From positions 9,614 to 73,613 of the IMG/VR virus record IMGVR_UViG_3300021368_000005: a stretch of DNA of 64,000 bases; one strand, 5' to 3'. This document shows positions 39,313-49,417 of this stretch, piece after piece. A model generated the notes under the pieces. It was not told the origin of the DNA and searched no databases. It saw only the letters and a program-made list of their open reading frames with translations. A program made the translations under genes and the position numbers. Numbering within the stretch: the first letter of the stretch is position 1; every line of letters begins with the position of its first letter. Origin of the DNA: a virus.

Positions 39313-40047
39313 TTATAAATAATGTATCCTTGAACCTAACGATACTCTTTTATAATTTTTAGGTACATCTTGTGTCATGCTGTGCCAAGCATCATAGGTA
39401 TTTGAGTGTAATACTGTAATTCCATTTTGGAATGGAATTGATTTTACTTTATTAAACATATGTTTTCTATGGGTAAATGCATTACATGGATGTTCATATG
39501 GTAACTCAGAAGGTATAAATGCATCTTCGTAAATATCATTACCAATGTGTTTATAAAAACTAGTACCAATATCTGTGTAATCGTTTGTTGGTGGTACATA
39601 AGTTTGCATAGTTACAACAGGATAAGGTATTTTACTTTTATAATCCGCACCACCTGGATGTAAAAAATCTATATGTATATCGGTTGCGTCCCCACCTGTT
39701 TTGAAAGTATCTTCCCAAATATAAGTTGTAAATTCACCAAGTTCTTTAGTTTGTTCTTGATGTAGTTCTAGATTAAACTTTTCTAGTATAATTTTTTTTA
39801 TTTCCCCCTTTTTCTCAAATGCATTCATATGAATACCATCAATAGTATCCTCGTAATACGAATCAGTAAATTTAATAGGAGAAGAGGCTCTTCCATTAAA
39901 TGAGTCACTTTGTTCAATATGAAACTTAGTATAATCTATATGATAGCCCAAGTCTAAAATCATATGAGGAAATGGTTCTGATAAAACCTCAGCAACTTTT
40001 AGTTTTTCTAATACTGTATTCAAATATAAGTGATAATAATCATTCAT
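39313..40047 (-). CDS. 2OG-Fe(II) oxygenase-like protein
   Basis: EPFPH, IHID, Q.Y.P, GTSFY, PF, WHS, R motifs. Confidence 0.6.
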   Translation of the reverse strand: MNDYYHLYLNTVLEKLKVAEVLSEPFPHMILDLGYHIDYTKFHIEQSDSFNGRASSPIKFTDSYYEDTIDGIHMNAFEKKGEIKKIILEKFNLELHQEQTKELGEFTTYIWEDTFKTGGDATDIHIDFLHPGGADYKSKIPYPVVTMQTYVPPTNDYTDIGTSFYKHIGNDIYEDAFIPSELPYEHPCNAFTHRKHMFNKVKSIPFQNGITVLHSNTYDAWHSMTQDVPKNYKRVSLGSRIHYL

Positions 40048-40050
40048 GTT

Positions 40051-40875
40051 TTATATTTTTGGATATGATATATACATATGTTTTCTAACTATATCTTCTT
40101 CGATATCAGGTGAAGAATGATAAGATGTCATATCAGATAACATTGCATATCCTGTATTTAGTTTGAATGGTGCTCTGAATATAAAATCACAGTTTTCTTT
40201 TCTAAATCCCTCTTCCCAATCTTCAGAGTATTTGTGTGGGTCCCAGTATTCAGTACCATAATCTATCGTAGATTCATCATCAGGTAAGAATATTCCTAAT
40301 GTTATATAAAAATCATTGAAATCAATATGTACATCATTAACAGTAAAAGATTGAGTATCTTCCCATAAACTTACACCTGGTGTTCCTAATTCTACCTTTT
40401 CAAATAACTTGTCAACTAATGCACATTTAACATGAATATTATTAATAACATCAGTATAAAGTTCGTTTAGGTATTTATGATTTTTGAAATCATGGAATTG
40501 ATATCTACCTGGTGGTTCACCTGTACTCATCTCATCTCGTGATGGCCAATGATTTTGTATATTACTTAACAAGGTTGGTTCAATTATATTATCCAACATT
40601 ATATGTTTAGATGGATATACCTTTAACTCAGAATCTTGTATTGATTGAAGAGCATGTTCTGTTACCTTTGATATCTTTATTTCAAATCCATCAGGATGGG
40701 TTATACTTTCAACCATCCCACCCATTAGTAAAATAGGTAATCTAGGATATCTTGGTACTTTTCTCTCATCACAATTACAAGAATTCATATAACCACACTT
40801 AACACACCTAACCCTCGGCCAATCGGGGTCGTATTCTGATGGGTGGTATGGTATTCCTTCTTTAGTTCTTGCCAT
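40051..40875 (-). CDS. 2OG-Fe(II) oxygenase-like protein with N-terminal Cys cluster
   Basis: VHID, GTEYW, PF..NTGY, YHS, R; CVKC..SCNC N-terminus; tandem paralogue of the previous gene. Confidence 0.6.
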   Translation of the reverse strand: MARTKEGIPYHPSEYDPDWPRVRCVKCGYMNSCNCDERKVPRYPRLPILLMGGMVESITHPDGFEIKISKVTEHALQSIQDSELKVYPSKHIMLDNIIEPTLLSNIQNHWPSRDEMSTGEPPGRYQFHDFKNHKYLNELYTDVINNIHVKCALVDKLFEKVELGTPGVSLWEDTQSFTVNDVHIDFNDFYITLGIFLPDDESTIDYGTEYWDPHKYSEDWEEGFRKENCDFIFRAPFKLNTGYAMLSDMTSYHSSPDIEEDIVRKHMYISYPKI

Positions 40876-40891
40876 TGTATATTATAAATAT

Positions 40892-40916
40892 AAAAAAAGG
40901 GGAATTGCTTCCCCTT
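40892..40916 (-). terminator. Intrinsic terminator after Hsp20
   Basis: AAGGGGAA-GCAA-TTCCCCTT plus T-run. Confidence 0.8.
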
Positions 40917-40939
40917 CTCTTATTGGCTCAAAATCAAGA

Positions 40940-41311
40940 TTAATATGCAATCTTTAGTGATTTTGCTTTTTTATTGACCTTTTTGTCAATAAGGAGAGTG
41001 AGTAGTCCGTTATCGAACTTAGCAGTTGTTTTTGTACCATCATAATCAGTACCAACTGTTAGTGTTAAATCAATATCTTTAACAAATGAAGAAGTATCTT
41101 CTGCTTTTTTAGATTTGATTGTAATTTCTTCTTCAGTAACATCTACTGTAATATCTTTTGGATTATGTCCAATAGTGTTAACTGTAACTTTTTGTTTTCC
41201 ATCTTCTAAAGTTTCTGCTTCAAATGATGAATTTAATCTGTTTGTTGTTTTTGTTGTGTAGATATCTCTAAAAAAATTATCTACGAAGTTTTCATTAATT
41301 GTGTAAAACAT
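40940..41311 (-). CDS. Small heat-shock protein (Hsp20/alpha-crystallin)
   Basis: G..PKDITVDV....ITI...AKFDNGLLTLLI.K. Confidence 0.8.
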   Translation of the reverse strand: MFYTINENFVDNFFRDIYTTKTTNRLNSSFEAETLEDGKQKVTVNTIGHNPKDITVDVTEEEITIKSKKAEDTSSFVKDIDLTLTVGTDYDGTKTTAKFDNGLLTLLIDKKVNKKAKSLKIAY

Positions 41312-41432
41312 AATATTCCTTTTTTTTTAATTAAACATTTACTATCTAATGTACCAAATTTGTACCAATCGATATTTTCATGACATAAGATGACAGTTTG
41401 TCAGTTTTATGAATGTATGTAATGACACTTTG

Positions 41433-42686
41433 TCATTTTTCAAATATCCAAATAGGTTCTCCAAAAGTTTTATCTTGATTCTCTTCTGAATTTTTTAGAG
41501 TTTCTTCTGAGTATTGATTTTGATTATGTTCTGTATTCTTTACTGTTCCTGCTCCTCCACTATTAGGTCTCTTAGCCATTTCCATACCAATACAACCTTT
41601 GTAAGTTAATCCTTTTGATATTAAGAAATCTCCCATTGGGTTTGTGATTTCTTTCCAATCTTTACCACCACCCTTTCCACTAGTGAATACATCAGCAATA
41701 TTGATTGCCATTTTACCACCCTTTTTCATAGTTGGTATAATTTTTTCTAATGCCTTGTGTAGGAAATATTCATTCCAAGCATCTATTGATTTGTATCTTA
41801 CCCAACTTTGAGTTTCATCATCACCATATCTTTCTACGTTAAAGTAAGGAGGTGATGTAAATACTAAATCAAAGTAATCGTTATATTCTGAATAATCAAA
41901 ATCTTCTGCTGGTGATTGGTGAAAGTTTGTTTTAGTTGGTGATTCAAAGAAAGTAGTATGTTTTTGATAAAAATCTCTTTGTTGTTCATAGATAGGATGG
42001 TTCTCTTTACGAGGGTCTAATCCAACATAATGTTCTATGGTTTCACTTGCAAAGGCTCCACTTAATCTATCGCCCCATCCCATTGAGAAATCTAACATAG
42101 TTTTACTACCTAGATATTCTGTAAGAGCCTTTGTAACATTTGGTTTGTGTTGAGATGCGATATACTTTCTCAAACCAATCATTACTCTCAATTCTTTTTT
42201 ACCAACTTGATTTAGTTTCAATGAATAAGCCGCTCCCATTAAAGATATCATAAAGTCCCTCGTTCTCCAAGTTCTTGCTGGACCAGGATAACCTGATGAA
42301 CATATACTCCACCTATTCTTCTCTTGAAAAAAATTAGATGAAAGATTACCTAGATTATATCGTTTGAATAATATTTGTTTATCTTCATATGTAAGAGGAT
42401 ATTTAGATTCTCTTGATTTTCTTGGAAACCATTCTTCTTCCTTTAACAACTCATTCCACCTAATACCTTTAAGTTTCATATAATCATCTCGTGCATCTTC
42501 TATACTGTACTTATCAGTTGCATATGGAAGTGGGTACTTCATAAACAAATCCGCCAACATTTCTTTTACTTGGTCTTTGGGATATGATTCTTTTAAGGTT
42601 TCCCAATCTTCTGGTGATATAGTAGGATACTCTCCATCGTAATTACCTTTTTCATATTTTCCTAATATATCTTCACCTATATTCAT
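41433..42686 (-). CDS. Amino-group DNA methyltransferase (N4C/N6A type)
   Basis: LDFSMGWGDRL SAM-binding motif; FTSPPYF catalytic motif. Confidence 0.8.
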   Translation of the reverse strand: MNIGEDILGKYEKGNYDGEYPTISPEDWETLKESYPKDQVKEMLADLFMKYPLPYATDKYSIEDARDDYMKLKGIRWNELLKEEEWFPRKSRESKYPLTYEDKQILFKRYNLGNLSSNFFQEKNRWSICSSGYPGPARTWRTRDFMISLMGAAYSLKLNQVGKKELRVMIGLRKYIASQHKPNVTKALTEYLGSKTMLDFSMGWGDRLSGAFASETIEHYVGLDPRKENHPIYEQQRDFYQKHTTFFESPTKTNFHQSPAEDFDYSEYNDYFDLVFTSPPYFNVERYGDDETQSWVRYKSIDAWNEYFLHKALEKIIPTMKKGGKMAINIADVFTSGKGGGKDWKEITNPMGDFLISKGLTYKGCIGMEMAKRPNSGGAGTVKNTEHNQNQYSEETLKNSEENQDKTFGEPIWIFEK

Positions 42687-43015
42687 TCTTCTATTTCTTG
42701 TTTTGTTAGAGCTCTATAAAGTATTTCTACTTCTTCTTCTGAGGTACATATTCCTAAACCATTAAAGTCATTTATCTCAGTATAGAACTCTCCTTTCTTT
42801 ATTTTCAAATCTTGATAATCATCATTATAAGAGGATACCATTATAGGAGCATCAGGGTCAGGATTATCTTTTGGTAAAACAAGCTCATAGTAATAATATT
42901 CTCCACTATCTCCATCTTCACCTTCGTGTGGTTCTTCTACTTTTTTAACCCACCCCTGTCTTTCAAATGTTTCTTCTGTTATTGGAGTTAATGGCCAAGG
43001 TTCTTCTTTTATCAT
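42683..43015 (-). CDS. Acidic hypothetical protein
   Basis: 110-aa coupled ORF. Confidence 0.55.
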   Translation of the reverse strand: MIKEEPWPLTPITEETFERQGWVKKVEEPHEGEDGDSGEYYYYELVLPKDNPDPDAPIMVSSYNDDYQDLKIKKGEFYTEINDFNGLGICTSEEEVEILYRALTKQEIEE

Positions 43016-43467
43016 TCTAATACTATTTTAATTGTATCTGAAACTAGATGTTCTCGTATCGTACCAGTTAATATAAGAGTATCTCCTACCATTGTTTTTA
43101 CAGGTCCGATTACATTGTTTACTTTACCATCTATAACGTAGGAGGATTGATTAGAAGTACTCACAGAGGTTTCATCTTGTAGATACCATTCTAAGTTACT
43201 ATCCCAACTTACTTTAAGTGGTTCATCTTGGTAGTAATCATATACTCTACCACTAACTCGATGTATCGTTTGGTGTACATCTTGTCTTAGTTCTAAATGA
43301 TAATACCCATTATTATCAAGTGGAAGTCTACCATCGAGTTCTAATTTTGGTTCTTCTAATAATATTATATCTTCATCGGGTGTACATGATGCTGCTATGA
43401 ACATCAAAGCCAGTACAATAAATAACATTACATAATCAAAGAATCCTAATCTTTCTTTTTTTCTCAT
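43012..43467 (-). CDS. Putative lipoprotein
   Basis: Basic N-terminus, hydrophobic core, lipobox AAS-C followed by TPDED. Confidence 0.65.
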   Translation of the reverse strand: MRKKERLGFFDYVMLFIVLALMFIAASCTPDEDIILLEEPKLELDGRLPLDNNGYYHLELRQDVHQTIHRVSGRVYDYYQDEPLKVSWDSNLEWYLQDETSVSTSNQSSYVIDGKVNNVIGPVKTMVGDTLILTGTIREHLVSDTIKIVLE

Positions 43468-43949
43468 AAAAGATAATCTAAAATTGATTGCCAGTTTGGG
43501 AATTTACCTTCTTTACCAGTTTCCCAATTTACACCGAATTGTAATAGTTCACCACTAAACTCACCAGCACCATTCTTAGTTCTATCATCAATTAAGTAAT
43601 CACCCATCAATAAATCTTTTCTGTGAGTAACAAACATCTTTTTGTGGAACAAGTCACCGAAGTAATCTTCTATCCACATTCTCTTATCACCAGCCGAACC
43701 CGCGTTACCCCAAGGAGCTGAAGTAGCTATGTATAAATCATATTTACCACTTTCATGTAGTTTATTAATCGCCTCAATAGCACCCTCGATTGGAGGTGGG
43801 TTTCTGAATAACCCTTGTATGTGGTCAGGAAACTCCTTGTACCTTTCTACTAAGTGGGGGTGTTTATCAAACCAATCTTGTATTGCCGCTCCAAAGTCAA
43901 CAATCACACCATCCATATCAATGTAAACTATTTTTTTCTTATTCACCAT
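43464..43949 (-). CDS. 5'(3')-deoxyribonucleotidase (HAD)
   Basis: IDMDGVIVDF, PIEGAIEA, K..W, GDYLIDDR. Confidence 0.9.
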   Translation of the reverse strand: MVNKKKIVYIDMDGVIVDFGAAIQDWFDKHPHLVERYKEFPDHIQGLFRNPPPIEGAIEAINKLHESGKYDLYIATSAPWGNAGSAGDKRMWIEDYFGDLFHKKMFVTHRKDLLMGDYLIDDRTKNGAGEFSGELLQFGVNWETGKEGKFPNWQSILDYLL

Positions 43950-43955
43950 ATCACT

Positions 43956-43998
43956 TATTTACAATGTAAATATACGAAAAATATTTGGATTTACCAAA
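43956..43998 (-). promoter_or_regulatory. Early promoter with palindrome
   Basis: TTGG-N17-CGTATATTTA; TATTTAC-AAT-GTAAATA. Confidence 0.75.
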
Positions 43999-44224
43999 TA
44001 TTTTCGTAACTATTTTTAATAATTTTTGTTTAATCTTCTTGGGGTAGGTGAGACCTAAATCCTAATACTGGTACATGACCTGTAATTTCGATTTCTCTTT
44101 TTCTAATAAATTGTTTAGATACTTTTAGGGTTTCTAAATCTGTTTCATTCATTACCCAATCTTTGAAAAGGTAAGTTAACACTTTGGATTTAATTGCTTT
44201 AATCATAATTTAAGTTTTAATTGT

Positions 44225-44422
44225 TTAATAAAAATTGCTCATTGCCGTTTTTAATCCTTCCTTAGTTGCTAAGTGAACTGAATCTACCCTTACTACAAGG
44301 TTAGGATTATCTTTATATTGTTGTACTGCTAATTTCTTAGCTCCTCGTAGAGTTCTTGCCCAACAAGTATTCCACCCTCCACCTTCAAAGGTGAACATAT
44401 ATTCTTTTAATTCTAAGCCCAT
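44225..44422 (-). CDS. Small early hypothetical protein
   Basis: 65-aa ORF in the early cassette. Confidence 0.55.
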   Translation of the reverse strand: MGLELKEYMFTFEGGGWNTCWARTLRGAKKLAVQQYKDNPNLVVRVDSVHLATKEGLKTAMSNFY

Positions 44423-44604
44423 ATTATTTGTGATTTATCGATTAATGTATTTACAGTTCCTAAAAGATTATTACCATAATCTACTTGTACTCTAACCAAA
44501 CCATTAAGGTCTTTATCCCAATCGCATTGGTAGTTATCATCTGTAACAATTCCTTCTTGGATTTGTCCGTATTTATTTTCAAATTTAATTTTAGTATTTA
44601 TCAT
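44413..44604 (-). CDS. Small early hypothetical protein
   Basis: 63-aa ORF. Confidence 0.55.
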   Translation of the reverse strand: MINTKIKFENKYGQIQEGIVTDDNYQCDWDKDLNGLVRVQVDYGNNLLGTVNTLIDKSQIIWA

Positions 44605-44614
44605 ATTTTAAGTT

Positions 44615-44842
44615 TTATTTTAACCAAAGGTCGTATATGTAATCGTAAGAAGTTTTAAGATTCTCAGCTAACTTAGCAAATAATCTTTCTCTAACTATAC
44701 TATCATCAACACCGAAGTAGTTATAAACATCACCTCCGATGAATAGTTCATTTAACAAACCTTCAAAGTTTGCATTTTCATTAATTTCAACACCCAACTC
44801 ATCAGTTGGATAGTTTTCTAAATAAAATTCTTTAAGTGTCAT
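44615..44842 (-). CDS. Small early hypothetical protein
   Basis: 75-aa ORF directly behind a promoter repeat. Confidence 0.55.
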   Translation of the reverse strand: MTLKEFYLENYPTDELGVEINENANFEGLLNELFIGGDVYNYFGVDDSIVRERLFAKLAENLKTSYDYIYDLWLK

Positions 44843-44857
44843 ATTTTAATTATTAAT

Positions 44858-44908
44858 CATTTACATTGTAAATGTACGAAAAAAAGCCGAGACTGCCAAA
44901 TATTTTAA
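44858..44908 (-). repeat. Early promoter repeat (GCCGAGACTG type)
   Basis: Near-identical to 57733-57784; palindrome CATTTAC-ATT-GTAAATG. Confidence 0.8.
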
Positions 44909-45028
44909 CACTTATTTTAGTGTCATTGTTATTAACTCAAACTCTTCATTAGTAATTATACCTTCCATAAGAGCCAAATACTCTTTCGATACATCTCTAC
45001 CAGTTATTTTATTTATTATAATCATATC

Positions 45029-45247
45029 TTATCTATATAAAGTTACAAATAGTCCGAAGTTCTTATCAAATACCTGAATAAGGTTTTCATAATCACCACT
45101 TTTCATTTCGTTAAGAATTTTATTACTATCTAAATCAAGTTGTTTAGCAAGATTCTTAGCAGTTGCCAAAAGGTAAAAAGCATTACCTTGAGGTCCAGTC
45201 AAATCGATTTCGATTCCTTTGTTTTGAGTTTTTTTACTTTTAATCAT
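45029..45247 (-). CDS. Small early hypothetical protein
   Basis: IDLTGPQGNAFYLL...SGDYENL; behind a promoter repeat. Confidence 0.6.
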   Translation of the reverse strand: MIKSKKTQNKGIEIDLTGPQGNAFYLLATAKNLAKQLDLDSNKILNEMKSGDYENLIQVFDKNFGLFVTLYR

Positions 45248-45253
45248 ATCACT

Positions 45254-45315
45254 TATTTACATAGTAAATATACGAAAAAAAGCCGAGACTGCCAAGCAAA
45301 AAGTGAATTATTTTT
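45254..45315 (-). repeat. Early promoter repeat (mosaic copy)
   Basis: Shares GCCGAGACTGCCAA with 44.9/57.7 kb and CCAAGCAAAAAGTGAATTATTTT with 60.3 kb. Confidence 0.8.
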
Positions 45316-45317
45316 GA

Positions 45318-46379
45318 TTAAATTAGGGTTGTTTTTTCCTCTATAAATTCATGTAAATTATGAAATGTCTGAGGAGCTGGTAAGAACTCATTGGCGTGTT
45401 TTATAAAGTCTTTGTGATTTTCGTGAGTTGTATCCCACACATTATGTTTATCAAATTCTTGTGGAGTAAAAGTTCCCCAATTATTTATCTTACCATAAAA
45501 CACTTTTGTTTTCTTCTTGAAGATACTCATCATCAAGTCATAGAATATTTTCATTTCCATGTAGTTATGATTCTGAACAACGAATGATGTTTTTACACTA
45601 TTTAGTGTTCTTATTGTAGAAATAAATTTTAGGTTATCAATTAATTCATTCCATTTACCATTTATTCTTGTTTTATTTTCATAAGTATCTTTAGTTCCAG
45701 CATCAATACTTATTTCACATGATTTGACAAATCTATGTATGTTTGGCATAGAATCCCACATTTTTTTATTCCAATAAGTTGCGTTGGTATGTAAGTGAAT
45801 TCTTTCTAATTTAGGATACTTAGATGTATCAAAGTTTCTTAAATAATCTCTAAACCCAACTGATATAAATGGGTCTCCACTTCCTGTTATGTATATTACT
45901 TTTACTGATGAAGCATAATCATCCTCTATTTCTTGGATGGTTGCTTTAACAGTTTTTATTTTATTACTATCGGCAATAAACATTTCAATTCTACAAGAAG
46001 GACATGCCAAATTACAACTTCTATCAAAAGAAAATTGTATTGTTCTTGGTGCGAATTCTATATCCTTTTTATGTTTATCTACTTTCTCTTGAACCTCATC
46101 TGGTAAGAATCCTTTTCGATATAAAGGTCTGTGTTCTTTTACTCCCTTTGGTATAGCAAGTAAAAATGGACACTGTTGTTTATCACAGTATTTATAAGAA
46201 CCATCTATTATAGAATCTCTTATATCTTTAGCAACATCAGAATTAAAAGATTCTCGTGCACTCATACCCTTTGGAAGATGTTTAGTTAACCAAGAAGGGC
46301 AACATAAAAAACTTCTAAAGTCATGTACTTCAATTCCATCAAATGGAACTGCACAAATAAAATCTTTATATTCACTCAT
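45318..46379 (-). CDS. Radical SAM protein with N-terminal SPASM/twitch-like Cys cluster
   Basis: CNLACPSC, ITGSGDPF, HTNA, ISIDA; N-terminal C..PF...CC...C...C. Confidence 0.88.
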   Translation of the reverse strand: MSEYKDFICAVPFDGIEVHDFRSFLCCPSWLTKHLPKGMSARESFNSDVAKDIRDSIIDGSYKYCDKQQCPFLLAIPKGVKEHRPLYRKGFLPDEVQEKVDKHKKDIEFAPRTIQFSFDRSCNLACPSCRIEMFIADSNKIKTVKATIQEIEDDYASSVKVIYITGSGDPFISVGFRDYLRNFDTSKYPKLERIHLHTNATYWNKKMWDSMPNIHRFVKSCEISIDAGTKDTYENKTRINGKWNELIDNLKFISTIRTLNSVKTSFVVQNHNYMEMKIFYDLMMSIFKKKTKVFYGKINNWGTFTPQEFDKHNVWDTTHENHKDFIKHANEFLPAPQTFHNLHEFIEEKTTLI

Positions 46380-47041
46380 TACGAATATTCGTTTAGTAAT
46401 TTTAATAACTCATCGAGAGCTTCATGTCTATGATTATCTTGTAAAGATACAGAATATACATATTGTGATGATTTGAGTTTTGGTACATCATGTACTGCAG
46501 AATCATTTGAAAACTTCAAATCTATTTGTTGAGGGTCACCTGTAAGAACCATAGTAGAACCTTTACCCAACCTACCCAATACCATACCAAGTTGTTGTTT
46601 AGTTAGATTTTGAAACTCATCTACAATCACACAAGCGTTATCAAATGTTCTACCTCTAAAGTGAGATAGTGATACTAACTCAATGTTTTCATCCGATTCC
46701 ATCTTCTGTAATATATCAGGTTTGTTATAAACCTTTCTCATATTAGAACGAATCGGTACTAACCAAGGCTCCATCTTTTCATCTAATGAACCTGGTAGGT
46801 ATCCATTATCTTCGTTTGATACTGTTGGTCTTGTTATAATGATTTGATTTATCTGTCTTGTAAAAAACATATCTAATGCAACTTGTACCGCTAGTAAGGT
46901 TTTTCCACTACCAGCTTTACCCAATATAAAATTATATGGGTGATATAAGATGTTTGCTTTAGCATCTTTTTGTTCTTCTGAAAGAGTTATTGAAAATTTT
47001 ATTTTACCTTTTGGTGCCTGTTTACTCATGTTCTGTGCCAT
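46379..47041 (-). CDS. phoH: PhoH-like ATPase
   Basis: GKAGSGKT, ITRP, GYLPG, RGRTF, DEFQN, RLG, GD..QID. Confidence 0.93.
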   Translation of the reverse strand: MAQNMSKQAPKGKIKFSITLSEEQKDAKANILYHPYNFILGKAGSGKTLLAVQVALDMFFTRQINQIIITRPTVSNEDNGYLPGSLDEKMEPWLVPIRSNMRKVYNKPDILQKMESDENIELVSLSHFRGRTFDNACVIVDEFQNLTKQQLGMVLGRLGKGSTMVLTGDPQQIDLKFSNDSAVHDVPKLKSSQYVYSVSLQDNHRHEALDELLKLLNEYS

Positions 47042-47576
47042 TTTTTTCCTTTATAAAATTATGATTAGTGAAACCGTTTCTATAACATAATTGTGCAGAT
47101 GCTCGATTCCAATCATCTGAGTAAAGATACATTGTGTCTGTATTCGTTGAATCGAAACTATATTCAAATCCTTGTCTATAAAATATCATTGCAGAATTAC
47201 CTCTATCTGGTTTGTGCTTTCTACTTACCAGAGCTCCTCCAATATAAATTTCATTTTCGTTTATATCCTGATAATGAGATTTCCAATCAACAGTTACACA
47301 ATTAGTATTAGTCCAATGCCATCCTAAACACTTTTCTTCATACATCCATAAATGACATTGTGAACCAAACTCCAACCTTTCATAAACTATTTCAGGAGTT
47401 GGTGTACCATCCCATTGTAAATCTTCATGGTGATACTCGATTGATTTTTTTATGTGATTTAAGTTTTGGGAAAAGTTATCTGTTGATAGTGTATTGAACC
47501 AATATCTATTATCAAACTTATGAGGACGTAGATTATGTTTATATAATCTAAATTGAACTATGTTATTTATATTCAT
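47022..47576 (-). CDS. GNAT-like acetyltransferase
   Basis: C-terminal YLYSDDWNRASAQLCYRNGF, the GNAT N..S....GF motif. Confidence 0.6.
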   Translation of the reverse strand: MNINNIVQFRLYKHNLRPHKFDNRYWFNTLSTDNFSQNLNHIKKSIEYHHEDLQWDGTPTPEIVYERLEFGSQCHLWMYEEKCLGWHWTNTNCVTVDWKSHYQDINENEIYIGGALVSRKHKPDRGNSAMIFYRQGFEYSFDSTNTDTMYLYSDDWNRASAQLCYRNGFTNHNFIKEKNGTEHE

Positions 47577-47619
47577 AAAGTAACTTCTTTACTAATATAA
47601 ATATTATACTATTTTTTTA

Positions 47620-48126
47620 TTATATGATAGAGTTAGTTTTTAGATGTTTTGTTTCATCGAACCACCAAAAAACAGCAACTTCTCTATAACCATTTTTTAT
47701 TTCTCGTACTTCGTGCATATCAGTACCACCATTATAAGTTATATATTCTTTCTTACTTTCAAATGGAACAAATTTATTATTGATATAAAACTCCCCACCT
47801 TCCAATTCAATTGATTCCAACATTATAACAAGAGTAAATGTAGATTTATCATAATGAGCTTTTGTTTTTGCATTTGGAGAATACTGTATTTTATGCATTG
47901 TTACAATATTATTCTCATCTTGATTAACCAATTCACTAACAAATTTTTTAAGTTCGGTATTATCTAAACTATAATAAGTCATTTTATGATGACCACCAAC
48001 ATATCCCTTTGTTTTGTAAACACCAGGTGCTGTTTCTTTTAATTCTTCGTATTCTTTAGGATTAGATATTTTAGCGGAGTTTAACAAATCTTTCAATTTG
48101 TTATATTCTATATCAGTTAGTTTCAT
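47620..48126 (-). CDS. 2OG-Fe(II) oxygenase
   Basis: HYD...T.VI.L...EGGEF...HEV..I..G.R...V.W. Confidence 0.8.
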   Translation of the reverse strand: MKLTDIEYNKLKDLLNSAKISNPKEYEELKETAPGVYKTKGYVGGHHKMTYYSLDNTELKKFVSELVNQDENNIVTMHKIQYSPNAKTKAHYDKSTFTLVIMLESIELEGGEFYINNKFVPFESKKEYITYNGGTDMHEVREIKNGYREVAVFWWFDETKHLKTNSII

Positions 48127-48135
48127 TATAAGAAA

Positions 48136-48516
48136 TTAAATTACCTTTTCTCTGTACTTTCCATTTAGAGGAATCCCTCTTCTGATTGCCTCTAAATCAG
48201 ATAAGAACCAATCTATATCTGCACACTTTTCGTAGTTTTCTTGTTTTTCAAACCATCGTAGACATATAGTTAGAAATTCTTTGAATTCTTCATTTGGGAT
48301 TCTAATAACTGCACCAGCATTTGGATGAATTACCATCACCAATTCTTTTTTACCTAATTTAGAAGCTTTGTGTATTTGAGATGATATCTGGTCAAGAACT
48401 TCATTTCCTCTAGATTCCAAAAATGTTTTTGCTCTAGGATTCTCGTTTACATCTAAGTATCTTCTCCAATTTACCGTACTAAATGCTGTTGCTCTTTTCA
48501 TACAATTACTGTTCAT
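48136..48516 (-). CDS. Hypothetical protein with ENYEKCA (UVR-like) motif
   Basis: FEKQENYEKCADI. Confidence 0.5.
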   Translation of the reverse strand: MNSNCMKRATAFSTVNWRRYLDVNENPRAKTFLESRGNEVLDQISSQIHKASKLGKKELVMVIHPNAGAVIRIPNEEFKEFLTICLRWFEKQENYEKCADIDWFLSDLEAIRRGIPLNGKYREKVI

Positions 48517-49417
48517 TAAATGATGTTATTGGAGCATAACTATTTTTTTGGTCTATACCTGTTATAACATCATCAAAGTTTAATCCCATTGGTTGGTCAT
48601 ATGATATAACAGAGAATGGTTGAATTCCACTTCCTCCACTTGATGGTGCAATTCTTATAGTATCTCCCTTAACATTATTACTATTATCTGATGATTTAAT
48701 TCTATCAGTTAACTTACCTCTACTACGCGAAAAGAATCCACCTCCTTTACTTTTTGGTGCTGGTCTAGGAACATCTCCCTTCTTAACTGTAATTGGTTTC
48801 GGTTCTTCTGCTTCCACTTTAATTACAGGTTCAGGTGGTTTGGGTTGTGTAATTGTTGGTGGAGTTGATATAGTAACCGAGGTTGCTGTTGAAATATCTT
48901 CAAATGTTTCAAACTCCAAACCAGGATATTGACCAGAAACATCTAAATCAGGTGAATAACTAGTAGTGAATATACTAAAGCTTCCAATACTTTGTGGAGC
49001 CAAAACAGTATCAGTTGTGTTTGGATTGAAAAAATCATTTAAGTAAGTTAATACATCGGTTACTGTTGTAATTTTTCTAGTTACAGCAACTTCCGCATAT
49101 CTAGTTCGTGTTGTACCACCATGAACAATAACATCGGGTTCTTGTCTAGTTACAGAACCCAATGTAACACTTATAGTTGGTATTGTACTTTTAGATATAT
49201 AAGGGTTACCTAATCTTTTTAGTGAATTTAGATAACCAGCATCTGTGTATGCGGCTCCATTTATTTTTATAATTATTCCATTTAGGTATGGATAATTGAC
49301 ACCACTAATCCCTTCAAGTCCATCGTTTCTTACAGACCCTATTGAACCAAGTGGTCCTCTTAATGAGTTTCCACTATATGTTCCATACTGATTCGTTATG
49401 TCAGATAATGATATCAT
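48506..49417 (-). CDS. S/T/P-rich hypothetical (possibly virion) protein
   Basis: Composition like the structural proteins; TATTTATT motif directly upstream. Confidence 0.5.
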   Translation of the reverse strand: MISLSDITNQYGTYSGNSLRGPLGSIGSVRNDGLEGISGVNYPYLNGIIIKINGAAYTDAGYLNSLKRLGNPYISKSTIPTISVTLGSVTRQEPDVIVHGGTTRTRYAEVAVTRKITTVTDVLTYLNDFFNPNTTDTVLAPQSIGSFSIFTTSYSPDLDVSGQYPGLEFETFEDISTATSVTISTPPTITQPKPPEPVIKVEAEEPKPITVKKGDVPRPAPKSKGGGFFSRSRGKLTDRIKSSDNSNNVKGDTIRIAPSSGGSGIQPFSVISYDQPMGLNFDDVITGIDQKNSYAPITSFNEQ

